Shown: positions 13,667-26,677 of the stretch, one piece after another | How positions within the stretch are numbered: position 1 is the first letter of the stretch | Layout of the letters: each line of letters opens with the position of its first letter | Source of the DNA: Octopus vulgaris | Taxonomy: Eukaryota | Reading direction: 5' to 3' | Length of the DNA: 64,000 bases | Assembly (NCBI GenBank): GCA_951406725.2 | Contig: OX597820.1 | Span: forward strand, 113,212,001-113,276,000 | Translations under genes and position numbers: made by a program | The notes under the pieces: generated by a model | The model's database searches: none | What the model was told of the DNA's origin: nothing | What the model saw: only the letters and a program-made list of their open reading frames with translations

Positions 13667-14828
13667 TGTACACGCATAGTATAACATTGTAAGAGAGAGC
13701 CATAAAAAAAGGTAAGAAGGTCACGGATCAACGGATGGAATGCCCTTGATCATAAGCCTACTCGAACAGCGTTCACCGAGGGCTAAACGATGCAACAAGG
13801 ACATGCGTGTGTATGTGTATGTATGTGAGTGCGTGCGTGTGTGTGTTTATGTTTGTGTGTCCGACCACCTGTGGTTGTCGCAGTGAAGAGATGTCAATGT
13901 TGACAGAAATAGAGAACATCTCAACATCTCCCGGAATCTGGTTTTGGATTATGCTTTGTTTAACTCCGAGTTTTTTGACAGTTTGTGTCAATGTATGTTT
14001 TATAAAAAAAGAATACGTTGAGATGCGGAGAACGGAAGCAATATTTTCGATACACAAGGACAACATTACATATATATATATATATTTGTGTGTGTGTGTG
14101 TGTGTTTGTGTGTATGTGTGTGTGCGTGCGTGTGTTTGCATCGTCTGTTTACTCTGTCATGCAATGTGTTGTATATACTTGCACCCCTCTCCAAATCCCC
14201 GTTTCAGATATAAAAAGGGTGGATGGATAGAGAGCAATACCCCCCCCCCCCCAAAAAAAAGACCCAAATAAATAAATAACACAATATCCACAAATTACGA
14301 TCACGCACTAAACAACAACAACATCATCATTAATAATTAGTAGAAATGGTAATAATAAATAAATAATAATAGTAATAATAATAATGGTATTACACACACA
14401 CACACCATAAAGGCTGTTTCGTTTCTCCCCACCGCCAGCATTCTGCTACACCAGCTGACCTTTGCACGTGTGACCTTGCCAATGAAAACGAGGCACGAGA
14501 CTCTACAAACGGTGACGTTTGCAATAATTACCTCTCTTGGAAACCATCCGAATTTTTAGCTGCCCCTCCTCCCATTACGTCTCTCACTTTCTATCTTTCC
14601 TTTCTTTCCTTTTATTTCTTCCTATTTGCATTACAACCTTTTTCTCGTTCCTCCCTCCCTCTCTCTCTCTTTCCTCCTCCATAGTACACATATTAGAGTC
14701 TTCTTCTCCTCTCGCTCTTCCATCCTTCATACAGCACATATCTCTTTCTCTTTCTCTTTCTTTTTCCTGCCACACTTCATAGATTACGACCTACTCCTCT
14801 CTCACACTCTGTCTTTCTCTCTGTCTGC

Positions 14829-14883
<55 letters not shown>

Positions 14884-15368
14884 ACATTTTCACAACCTTC
14901 TTCTGCTTCATGGTTTATTTGTGTATCTATTTTCCTCGCTTTCTTTTTTCTCTCATTCTCTCTTACTACTTCTCCGCGCTCAAATTTATCAAAACTCTCT
15001 CTCTCTCTTTCTCTCTGTCCCTCTCTCCCCCTCTCTCAGTGTTTTCTTCCCCTCTGAATATTTTCTCTTTGCCCTTCATTCTTATTACCTCTATTTCTAA
15101 TTCTCATAAACTGTTTATCATTTTATATGAGCGCCGCGTAAGCGCACACACATTTATGTGTTGGAGTTGGTGTATCGGTGTATGTTCTGATAAACTGATA
15201 AACATTTAGGAGAATTAGAAAGGAGAGTAAGAACGATACGTAGAGATATATCACTGTGTATGTGTATCTATATACGTGTGTGTATCTGTGTGTGTATGTG
15301 TGTGCATTTTCGCACGCGCATTTTCACTATTACTGTTGACAAAGATTGTCTTCTTATCTTGTTGCACA

Positions 15369-15409
<41 letters not shown>

Positions 15410-15628
15410 ACATACACAGTGACACACACACACTTTTTAATCTAGCGTTATATATATCTTCTCTATCAATATTTTCCTTTTTCTCGTTCTTTTTCATGCT
15501 TTCTCTTAGGAGTAGGGAATGGAGGAATCGGTAAAGCACCGAATAAAATATTTTGCAGTATTTAATTACAGTCCCTTATGTTCCGAGTTCAAAATCCTGT
15601 TGGGAGGCGGCGTCGATAAAATAAAAGG

Positions 15629-16044
15629 GATCTTTTCGGTTTGAACGGCAGTTTTTAACATAATTTCTAGGTAACTAAAAAATTTTAAACTTCGAATACT
15701 GGTAGAATGTGTTTATAAAACATCATTTTCTCTTGGCTTTATTGAGAAAATTCTATAGTTTGTAAGATATTTGTTGTTTTTTTCTTAAATTTCTGCAATC
15801 TCAACCAATCACTGACGTCTATTGGGGTAAAAAAAACATTCTGTGCTGTATGAATATGTCCCTCGTTTAAGAAACAGATTATGTTTATTTACATTTGTGA
15901 AGAAAAAAAGATAACCTTTCCCCCACCCCGAACCCTAACCCTAAAATAGATTGAAATGCAATAGATCGATACTAGGGTCATAATTATGGGTGACAATTTC
16001 ATATGACACCGCTAGAAAAAACTGCCGTTCAAACCGAAAAGATC
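15629..16044. mobile_element. 416-bp MITE with 28-bp TIRs
   Basis: GATCTTTTCGGTTTGAACGGCAGTTTTT at the left and AAAAACTGCCGTTCAAACCGAAAAGATC at the right. Internal AACCCTAACCCTAA. Partial second copy at 2551. Confidence 0.9.
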
Positions 16045-16077
16045 TGCGAATCTCAATGCAATTTCCACTGGTCCAAT

Positions 16078-16499
<422 letters not shown>

Positions 16500-16791
16500 A
16501 GCTAGCTATCTATCTACATGTATATACGTTATATATTTCCTTATACGAAATCATAATCTCCCTCTCTCCTCTCTGAAATTACACACACATACACACACGC
16601 ACAAACATATACCCGCGCACACACACACATACATAAATAGTGCGAAACTGAGTAATACCATCTGGTTGATAAATGACGAAGAATTAGGGAGCTTCTGCTT
16701 TTGTTTTCTGTCCATTTTTGCACTCAATATACGTTTTCCCGCTCATCTGTGCATTCATTATACGTTTTGTTGCTTGTATATATACATATAT

Positions 16792-17214
16792 CGAAGGCGT
16801 ATATTGTTGTTAAATGCTCGAAATACAAGACTAGAAAAACAGCCAAGAACTGATGAAGGGTCGTTCTTTATATTGTTTATTTTGTTTTCTATTTGTGTCT
16901 TTCGATGTTCGAAAGCATAGTTCATGTTCCATCTACTCGTGCTTCGTACTTTTTTGTCGTACATGTTTCGTGACGTCCTGTGCCAACATATGCACAGATG
17001 TATGTACATCTATGTATATACATATATTTCTACAAAATACCAAATTTATATAATTTATTTTCCGGGAGCAATTGTTTTATCGAAAGCGTATATTGTTATT
17101 AAATGCTTGAAATACAAGACTAGAAAAACAGCCAACAACTGATGAAGGGTCGTTCATTATGTTTTTTTTTCAACTTGTGTCTTTCGTTATTTGAAAGAAT
17201 AGTTCATGTTCCAT
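16792..17214 (+). repeat. Two diverged ~140-bp direct repeats (possible pseudo-LTR) upstream of a PLE fragment
   Basis: 16792-16931 and 17080-17214 share GAAATACAAGACTAGAAAAACAGCCAA(G/C)AACTGATGAAGGGTCGTTC. Confidence 0.7.
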
Positions 17215-17339
17215 GTTATATTTAAAGTAATTGAAAGAAATACAGAGCATCTCAACGGAAATATTGTATATACATAGATGTATGTACATCTATGTATATA
17301 CGTATAGATGTATGTACCTTGTAGAAAACAGCACATATT

Positions 17340-17920
17340 CACGACTCCTATGCAACAACATTATTAATAATTACACCAAAGCTAGGCCCAAAATTAATAT
17401 CGAAATTAATAAAGAAGCTAGCATTATCACCGCCAGACTTAAATTAGATAAAAATATAGAGGTGCTTCAAATAAATAGAGGCCTTTACAACTATTAAAGA
17501 CCAGAAGAAGAACTTCCTATCTAATCCTAAATGTAGACTTATTAACCCAGTAAAATCAGAAATTGGTATTATTAGTAAAGAAATTTTAGGAAATATCAAT
17601 GCTGAAGTCAGAAATGCTACTAGGTTAGTACAATGGTCTAATAGTATAGAAGTCGTTGACTGGTTTAAAGCCATTAGGAATAAGAATGAAGCGAGATTTA
17701 CGCAATTCGACATTGTTGATTTCTATGCTTCTATCTCTAAGGAACTGCTCGATAAAGCCCTCACCTTCACAAGCGAATTTAAAGAATTTAGTACACAAGA
17801 TAAGGACATAATCTTCCATGCTAGGAAGACTACGGATACAGAAAGTGCTTTCTATGTGAGCATGGGGTCCTATGATGGAGCAGGCATATGCGATCTCATT
17901 GGGCTATTCCTACTCGATAC
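17340..17920 (+). pseudogene. Penelope-like element RT fragment (Hydra-clade-like), decayed
   Basis: Manual translation: TIKDQKKNFLSNPKCRLINPVKSEIGIISKEIL...QFDIVDFYASISKELLDKAL...MGSYDGAGICDLIGLFLL. Homologous to 51230-51690. Confidence 0.85.
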
Positions 17921-18179
17921 TCCCAGCTGATGTTCGGAAACGAGCAACTCTGAGTACTGGAAGTCGGAGCCTTTTAGTTATAATACATTACATATAGATT
18001 AGTTACAGGATTCATTAGAATCCAGGCTCATTAACATGTAGGACGCTAGAACTGGCTAGGTAGCATAACATAGGGTTCACGGTAAGGTAAAAAAAAACAT
18101 AAGGTATCATTCGTTGGTATTATGCCGCTAGTGTGTAGATATGTAAGTGCTAAATCAAATTTAAGTCATAGATCCAATT

Positions 18180-18990
18180 CAGGGTTGGTTCCCGGTGCGA
18201 CGTACGTATAAAAGAATCACAAACGGGATTTAAAATTTACTACAGCTGTTTCGGTAGAATATTACTGGTGCATTCATAGATTACATCATGGCATAAATCC
18301 ATCGTCTCCAGGTAAATTTTGAAACAGGTATAAACAGGCAAGGTAAAACCTTAAGCATGACCTATTCCTCAAACAACGTAAGGAATAAGTGTTTAAAAAA
18401 AACAGCATTCGAATTTATAGAGAAACATAAGTATAACGGGTATGCTAGTAGTAAAGAGGTCAAAACAACCCAATTATTTCAAGCAATTATCTTAATTAGT
18501 TTATAGCCATAACCTGCTGTGAAGGATGGCTAAGAAACAGGCAGGCTGTAGCAGCCAAAACAAATCTAGAAAAATATCTTGTCAATTAAATGAGATAGTG
18601 GGATCAGACTAAATGGCCTTTGGAGTGTATTTCTAGTATTATTATTTTAATTGTGGTTGAATATAATCGACCCTATACTGAGGAGGCAACTATAGCTACC
18701 TTTAAATGTATTTCTAATGAAAATCTTATAGTATTTATGTGAGTTCGGGAAGTGGTAATCTATCACTTTTAAGAATTTTTTTAGCTGTTAGTGGCTACCT
18801 TCATACTATATAAGCAATTGTATCACGAATTTTTTTATTGCCAGCATCTCCTTGGTCAATTTACATTTGGTTCAATATATTTTATGCCACTCTCAAATGT
18901 GGAACTTTCTAAAGTGGTGAAGCAGTATGGGGCAGCATTTTCGAAAGTGGACTTATTAGAAGATAGTTTCGAAACGCGTGTAACCTGGTT
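18180..18990 (-). pseudogene. Penelope-like element thumb/linker fragment plus hammerhead-bearing terminal repeat
   Basis: Minus-strand translation RVSKLSSNKSTFENAAPY...[32 protein letters not shown]...NHN. Hammerhead-like motif at 18232-18320. Confidence 0.75.
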
Positions 18991-19007
18991 AACACACAAA
19001 TAAAGAA

Positions 19008-19062
<55 letters not shown>

Positions 19063-19066
19063 ACGG

Positions 19067-19102
<36 letters not shown>

Positions 19103-19113
19103 ATATATACATA

Positions 19114-19495
19114 CTAGCAGTATCGCCCGGCGTTGCTCAGGTTTGTAAGGGAAATAACTATAAAGCATTTTTAGAGAGTTATAGCCAAAAAATTGCAAAA
19201 AAATGGAAAAAAATGATGGTAAATTTTTTTTTAGTTAAAAAAGGTGGAGTTGCGTCCCCTAGACAGTTTGCGGTTTGTGTTTCTGATTCTCGACCCCATG
19301 TCGAATTTATCGATATTTTTCAGAACTGGGGGAACTTTTAAAAATTTTCGCTGCGTTAGTTTTGAATTATGACATTGGGCTATGTGTGTGTCAAGTTTCA
19401 TCAGAATCGGTTGAAAGCCGTGGTCAGGGTGAGGGTACAAGCAAACAGACACACAGAAACACGCACCTACAAACTGCCGTTTATATATAGAGAGA
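19114..19495 (-). mobile_element. Non-autonomous Helitron (382 bp)
   Basis: Minus strand reads A|TC...CTGAGCAACGCCGGGCGATACTGCTAG|T: 5' TC, subterminal GC hairpin, 3' CTAG, inserted between A and T with no TSD. Confidence 0.85.
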
Positions 19496-19565
19496 TATAT
19501 TGATAAAAACGGTAAGATAACAAAAGAAAGAAAGAGACCTCGATATTATGTAAATAGAGGAAATT

Positions 19566-19929
19566 ATCTGTAAATGTAATATATCACAATTATTCGGGAG
19601 CCAAAATAAAACTCCAAGTTTCGGATGCCGAGGTGGAAATTCACGCCGCCATCTCTTCAGTTATCCGGGCATCGGAAAAAACGCTATGAAAAATGACCGT
19701 TATACAAAGGAAATAACTGTTTTATTGACCGCTCTTAAGACAAAAGAGCTATTCGAATGACCGCTAAGTAGGGTAGGGGGTAAAAAGTTCATAGTATGCG
19801 CGTAAGCGCACCTGTTCATACCTACATGTGTGCGCTTTTTTTCTGTATTATTACCCATAACCCTGTTTTTTCTTGTGCTTGTGTGTATGAACCTTTACGG
19901 TGCGTGTGTGTGTGGGGGGGTGGAGGTTG

Positions 19930-19966
<37 letters not shown>

Positions 19967-20459
19967 AGAGTTTACGAAAAAATCAAAAGGACGAAGACAA
20001 GGTGGTGTACAAAACAAACAGATGTATTAGTATAACGCTCAGGAATAGAAAAGGTCTTTTACGTTTCGAGCCAACGCTCTTCTACAGAAAGGGACACAGA
20101 AAACAAGGAGAGAAAAAAGGAAAAGATGCGAGTGAGGATGTGTACGTTTTCAAGTGAGGGTGGATGAATGTATGCGCACGCACGTGGGTGTGCGGGCGCA
20201 CATGTGTAGTTATGAACAAGTCGCTTACGCGAATACTATGAACTTTTTACCCCCTTACCCTACTTAGCGGTCATTCGAATAGCTCTTTTGTCTTAATAGC
20301 GGTCAATAACATAGTAATTTCCATCTGTATAACGGTCATTTTTCATAGCATTTTTCCGATGGCCGGATTACTGAAGAGATGGCGGCGTGAATTTCCGCCT
20401 CGGCATCCGAAACTCAGAGTTTTATCTTGGCTACCGAATAATTGTCGCACTACATTTAC

Positions 20460-20463
<4 letters not shown>
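19566..20463. mobile_element. Divergent inverted pair of ~270-bp hammerhead-bearing repeats
   Basis: 19566-19835 is the reverse complement of 20195-20463. Each arm has CTGAAGA-GATG...CATCC-GAAACT. Confidence 0.85.
19962..20130 (-). mobile_element. Short hammerhead-bearing repeat (family also at 49515-49900)
   Basis: Minus strand TTT-CTGTAGA-AGAGCGTTGGCTC-GAAACGTA-AAAG at about 20055-20092. Confidence 0.7.
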
Positions 20464-20518
<55 letters not shown>

Positions 20519-21041
20519 AAACATAACACACACACAGAGTAAAGTTTATTTGCGAATGTAAAGTGGCAGTCCTGATTAGGACGAATGTTACTGCCATTTA
20601 GCTCCAGGAAAAGATCCTCTCCAGCTGGCTGTCAACACTCTAACTGCGTCCTTATATTTTCGAACAAGAGACCTAGTGTCCCCATTCAGCTCAGAGCAAT
20701 ATCTGTGTACCAATGCTTTCTGGGTTATTTCTCTTCATCAGCACAGAATAATCGCTTGGCTAGAGATGGTGACACTATTCTAGTTCGAAGCATATTCTTT
20801 TCAAAATGACATACAGTCACTGATCTCATAAATAGAAAAACTATTTGTTCTAAATCTCTGAAAGAGAAACATGCAACAAAAGTACTCCAGAGTTTATTTG
20901 CCAACGTAAAGTGGTAGTCGTGATTAGGACGAGTCTTACTGCATCATTTCCAGCTGGCTCGTCCTAGTGGGGACACTAGTTCCCTTCATTATTTACATTA
21001 TTTACATTTGACAGATATTTGTCTTCATCTTGTTTGTTGTT

Positions 21042-21087
21042 AACACAACGTTTCGGCTGATATACCCTCCAGCCTTCATCAGGTGTC
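21042..21087 (-). ncRNA. Minimal type I hammerhead ribozyme
   Basis: GACAC-CTGATGA-A-GGCTG(loop)CAGCC-GAAACGT-T-GTGTT, with palindromic stem III ACGT. Confidence 0.8.
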
Positions 21088-21134
21088 TTGGGGAAGTTTC
21101 GAACCTGGGTTCTCATTCCTAAAGTATTTATCGA

Positions 21135-21165
<31 letters not shown>

Positions 21166-21240
21166 TTTCGAGTCACTTCCTGGAATCGTGGGGTTAGTAG
21201 CTACTAACTCCAAGATTCCGAGGTCGATTCCAGGCAGTGA

Positions 21241-21315
<75 letters not shown>

Positions 21316-21317
<2 letters not shown>

Positions 21318-21787
21318 GCCCTGATGCAGTACCAGGCAGTGGCTCTCATGGCTTCTGATCTTAACTGATTGGAAGTGTTATCATGTACATTGTTTTGTCT
21401 TGGTATAAAAGATGGGCTACAGCAAATATTCTGCTCAATACCACAGATTTGCTTGTCAGTTGTTTGACCTTAACCAGTTGAGCATGTCCCTTAGTGGCTG
21501 ACGATATGTGCATCTCTGATCACGAGCAGAAGTAGTGGGGGAGCATCATAGCCATGTGCTGAGAGGGATTCTTTGGGGTTTGAATAGTTCACCTCTGGAA
21601 ACATGGGTGGTTCTTTCAACATCCTTAAACAACCCTTATTCAGGGACCGTTTGAGCGGGATGGGCACATATGGTTGTGATGCATGTGCCTGGTGTACCCT
21701 TATCAGACGGGTAGTCATGATGGGTATATTGGGCTTCGTATATTTTACCCCAGTGTCACTTTGATGGCATGAACTGCTCTCTCACTC
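21316..21787 (+). mobile_element. Dispersed retroposon 3' segment embedded in (AAT)n
   Basis: Homologous to 57880-58325 (minus) and 42350-42515. Flanked by (AAT)n on both sides. Confidence 0.8.
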
Positions 21788-21867
<80 letters not shown>

Positions 21868-21890
21868 TGATGATGATGATGATGATGATG

Positions 21891-21939
<49 letters not shown>

Positions 21940-22498
21940 TGATAATAATATCGAAAAATACCTTAGGAATGAGAACCAAGGTTCGAAATTTCCCCAAGAC
22001 ACCTGATGAAGGTTGGAGGGTATATCCGTCAAATGTAAATAATGTAAATAATGTACATAATTCTCATCTCTTAATCATAGAACTGTACTAGCTCCCTTGT
22101 TCGAAAATATAAGGACACAGTGCCTCGATAGCCAGCTGGAGACGATGTTTTCCTGGGGCTAAATAGCAGTAACGTTCGTCCTGTTTTAACCATCACCCTT
22201 TAAATTTTAAGGTCTTGCAAATTTTTATAGTCCCAGATTTTTATAGTCGTGATCTTTTGTAGCATATGAATTAAGGATTTGAATTGTCTCCTCATGTATG
22301 TATGTATGTATGTATGTATGTATGTATGTATGTATGTATGTATGTATGTATGTATGTATGTATGTATGCATGTGTGTGTGTGTATGTATGTATGTATGTA
22401 TGTATGTATGTATGTATGTATTTATGTATGTATGCATGTGTGTGTGTGTATGTATGTATGTATGTATGTATGTATGTATGTATGTATGTATGTGTATG

Positions 22499-23052
22499 TC
22501 AGGTCACTTTCGAGTGCTACTGGTAACATGTAACCCAGTACAACCTGTTGCATGGTCGGGTCGTTGGCGACTAAACCGGCAACCCCACCAAGCTTGCTTG
22601 GTGAGGAGGGTGTTTATTGGACACCCTGAGGGATGAAAAACAAAACCCGTCAAAGGGCGGAGGAACTCTTGGGAGTCAATGGCCATCCAATAAATGTCTT
22701 AAGGCTGTATCATGCGCGGGGACATAGAAATAATCGGACTGAATACCCGATCGCGCGGTTAAACAATATGGGAGTGAAGGACTCCTAGCCTTTGTTAGGG
22801 CATCCTTCTAGGAGAAGGCAACTCAGGTAACTGGGATAACTGCGACATAAAACCTGCGGCTCAGTGGTTACCGATGATGTTGACTTGTTCTTCTTTTCGG
22901 ATTATGGCTGCTGTTGCTTAGTTAGTGGGACTGACTCAGTGCACAGCCTTTCCTCACTTTAAAACAATTCTTCTTACACAGGCATTGCACGATAACAACA
23001 TTGATTAAGCTTCGTGCAATGGCCATACTCGATAACGAGGGGGCAGCCACCA
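22499..23052 (+). mobile_element. Non-coding RTE-related retroposon inserted in (TATG)n
   Basis: GC-richer island with TAAACCGGCAACCCC and GGCATCCTTCTAGGAGAAGGCAACTC, which resemble RTE 5' UTR motifs. (ATGT)n on both flanks. Confidence 0.45.
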
Positions 23053-23425
23053 TGTATGTATGTATGAATGAATGAATGGTTGATAGATACGCACGAAACT
23101 AGTCGAACTTCATCGTCCTGTGTTTGTTCATTGATAATACAATGTCTTCATTAGACTCCATTACTGACAAAGATTTTCGGAAACATATTTGTACTTGGTT
23201 TAAATATTTTATCTCCAAGAAAGTTTCCAACCGCTAAATACAGCCAGCCCCTTCATAAATCCCGCTTGACATTTGCTGTCCCTTTCTGTGCTCACAAGCT
23301 GGGTGGCATTGGTCTTAAGAAAGCGCTACCTCAAGAACCACTACCTCAGACTATTTCAGGACCCATCTACGAACCAACAAATTAATAATCAAACCCTTAA
23401 ATATTATCATACTATATACGACATC

Positions 23426-23895
23426 TGGCGGCGAGCTGGCAGAAACGTTAGCACGTCGGGCGAAATGCGTAGCCGTATTTCGTCTGCCGCTACGTTGTAA
23501 GTTCAAATTCCGTCGAGGTTGACTTTTCCTTTCGTCCTTTCGGGGTCGATTAAATAAGTACCAGTTACGCACTGGAGTCGATGTAATCTACTTAATCCCT
23601 TTGTCTCTCCTTGTTTGTCTCCTCTGTGTTTAGCTCCTTGTGGGTAGTAAAGAAATAGGTATAAGGCGGCGAGCTGGCAGAAACGTTAACACGCCGGGCG
23701 AAATGCGTAGCCGTATTTCGTCTGCCGTTACGTTCTGAGTTCAAATTCCGCCGAGGTCGACTTTGCCTTTCATCCTTTCGGGGTCGATAAATTAAGTACC
23801 AGTTACACAATGGGGTCGATGTAATCGACTTAATCCTTTTGTCTGTCCTTGTTTGTCCTCTCTATGTTTAGCCCCTTGTGGGTAATAAAGAAACA
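23426..23895 (+). mobile_element. Two tandem full-length family B SINEs
   Basis: 23426-23660 and 23664-23895, each GGCGGCGAGCTGGCAGAAACG...CTTGTGGGTA(G/A)TAAAGAAA. Confidence 0.92.
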
Positions 23896-25406
23896 TATAT
23901 GCGACATCTGACACACTAGTTATTATGTCTCCGCTTTCGTTCTTCCTCTGTCTCTCCTCTGAACTAACTAGCAACTCTTTTTTCATCTCTAACGCTTCAG
24001 ACTCACGCCTAAAGCCCAACATTAAAACAAATCACCTAATCTCCATCCTCCTCGGAAATTCAACCCTTTTCCCTTTCTATATTGTTATTGTTGTTTAAGT
24101 CTGGGTCAACCCTGATAAGGGCTGAACTCCGACGAAAGGCATTGTAGCTACGATTCTATATAAGATCATGAGTTTTGCTGGGGATTTTTTCCAGACATGA
24201 ATCGATATAGATTATATTATCTGATGTGTTCTTTCTCAAAATCATGTAATATGGAGGAGATTTCATTGTTATTTCTAATAAATCGAGATAGATTGTTCCT
24301 TTTCTTCCAAATAGAACTTGCTTTGTTTTCTGCACATGCACCAACTTATGGGAGTTTAACCTGACCATAATCTGTACGTAACTTCCTATTAGTGGCCACA
24401 AAGTTTATGAGGACACTAGCCACCCTAATTGAATAATAATTTCTAATTTTGACACAAAGCCAAAATTTCCTTCTGTTTTGTTTCAGAAATAGTGTCAGAT
24501 GAGGAAGTCCAAGATTGGTCCTTTCATTTTCTTTTTATCAACAGTATAAAACTGAGCCGTCTTTGACGGGATTTGAAATTAGTAATCAATTAACATAGTT
24601 AAATACTGTGCGGTACTTTTAAATCAGCTTTAATAAGGCCATGTTCAATGTGCACCATGCTTCCATTCCATTCTTTTATAGAATCAGAAGAAATATTCAA
24701 CCCAGTCCTAACCAAATATATAAAGAATGAAAATAAAAACAAATCTTTTCTATATTCAGGCATTTCAAAATGATAAAATATAATTTGAGTTTTATACCAT
24801 AAGTGATAGACAACGAATACATACTTATTGTATCGTAATTTGTACACTAAGGAATCATTATATGGTAATCTGTACAGTAAGAAAATAACTACTCGTAAAA
24901 ACAAACAGTTGAAAGTTTTAAATATATATTTCTGACTAAGGAAAAACATATTTACTTTAAAAAGAAAAATACCATATAGCTATTTTAAATTCTTCTGCCC
25001 GAGTGTTCAATCTGCGGCTGCAATTTTTCGATGGGTTTCTTTACAATATTTCCTAATATGGCTCTGTTTCATAGACTGCTTAAAGCGGCTTTTATATTTA
25101 AAAACATAATGTGCTAACATAGCTTGTTGCAGGGATAAATGAATTCGGATTATGCATAAAATATGAAAGAATTGTGTTCTGCTTAAGAAGACCAAGACAA
25201 ATTTTCAGTTGTTTTGCTTTCATTATACCTGGCGGAGCAAATTTCTGCATCTCGCTTTTCTGGATTAACCGAACTATCAATAATATCCTGATCTGAAAAT
25301 GTTAGGGTCAAATCAATATGGATGACACTTACAATCCAATCATCAATATTTTTATCCTCGTTATTGTGAAATTTTCTACGGTCGCCATCTGTATCATCTA
25401 CAGTAA

Positions 25407-25510
25407 GTCTGTATCGTCTGTTATTTGTCTGTATCGTCTGTTATTTGTCTGTATCGTCTGTTATTTGTCTGTATCGTCTGTTGTTTGTCTGCATCATCTG
25501 ACATTTGTCT
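25407..25510. repeat. 20-bp minisatellite (GTCTGTATCGTCTGTTATTT), about 5 copies
   Basis: Seen directly, with decaying copies on both flanks. Confidence 0.9.
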
Positions 25511-25699
25511 GAATTGTTTATTGTTGACATTGCCTGCTGCTCGTCTGCTGTATCGTCTACAACTAACCTGTATAGCCTGTTGTTTGTTTGTTCATCTGAA
25601 GTTTGCTTGTACTGTCTGTATTATTACTTTTATGCTCTGCTGGATATTAAAACTACAAAAATCCACTTTATCAGTAAAAATTAGATAGCCAAATATGAA

Positions 25700-26480
25700 A
25701 ATACACCGAAATTTTTGTACTACTTCGAAAGATTTGTTTTAACTGAACTCCTGCCATAACAGGCGTAAAGAGCACATCCTCAATTGCAAATCTGAGTTGA
25801 AAATCAAGGATATAAATGTTACTGTTGATAAATAATTTCATAAAAATATTTCTATATGAAAATATGAAAAGCTGGATAATTTTCGCTTTCATCGTGTGAA
25901 GCGACTTTGTGTGATAAAAATAACACGACGCAGGATTTTATGAAGCAAACTCAATCTCATAGGGATTAAATCTGGCAATTTTCAAAGAGTTATACACTTA
26001 TATTTTTACACACATCACGTAAATTAAGTCAAAATTGGCGAGCAAACCAATTTTGAAAATTGTTGTTTAGATATCAATTATTATGGATCATATAAAAGAC
26101 ACTGACAAATGCAGTATTTCCTTCGATATTCCGCTTTGCTGGAAGTTACCAATCACTAAACAGTTTCATCCTTTGTTGGCTAGTTGCATTTGAGCAGATA
26201 AAAATTGTCAATCGTTCTTTATTATGCTTGAAATCACTAGCACATGCTTCACTTGAACTTCCCGAAGTTCCCGTTGCAAAACAATTTCAACAAAGGTCAG
26301 CTTCGTCGGTGTTGTACATTTGATCATCTCTAAGCTTTCATTCTTCGACAAGTTCATCAAATGTCACATTGTCCTCCTTTATAGCTGCTTTTCACTGTGG
26401 TCATTGGTTTCGCTACCAATGTCCAATTTGTTTTTCATTTTGTTAAATTTCATGACGTGTCATAAGTCATAGCTGTTTAA
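25700..26480 (-). pseudogene. Ancient pogo/Tigger (Jerky-like) transposase relic
   Basis: Minus-strand translation QMYNTDEADLC...KHNKERLTIFICSNATSQQRMKL...VIG matches the DDE_1 pattern QIYNxDETGL...KERxTxxxCxNAxG. Many stops. Confidence 0.65.
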
Positions 26481-26642
26481 ATGCTGCGAAACATGTTACA
26501 TCACATATCTATCTACCTCTGTTTGTTTGCCTGTTTGCACACACACACACACATATACATATACATGTGCGTCTCTGCGTGTGTCTGTACGTGTGTGTGG
26601 GAATATATATATATATATCCACATAGAGACAGTATTTATATA

Positions 26643-26677
<35 letters not shown>

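Larger units (their letters stand above)
20987..22086. mobile_element. Head-to-head fold-back pair of an element with tRNA-like head, (AAT)n and hammerhead tail
   Basis: Palindrome centre GGGTTAGTAG|CTACTAACTC at 21200/21201. Both arms carry CGATTCCAGG(A/C)AGTGAC, (AAT)n and TAGGAATGAGAACC...GACACCTGATGAAGG. Confidence 0.75.
20563..22200. mobile_element. Arms of an old palindromic repeat (20563-20682 inverted to 22087-22200; partial direct copy at 20899-20970)
   Basis: GTCCTTATATTTTCGAACAAG versus CTTGTTCGAAAATATAAGGAC, and shared CCAGCTGG blocks. Confidence 0.65.

Noticed and set aside
16845-16925. CTGATGA...GAAAGC as a hammerhead
   Set aside because: Convincing stems I and III could not be formed; counted only as a direct repeat.
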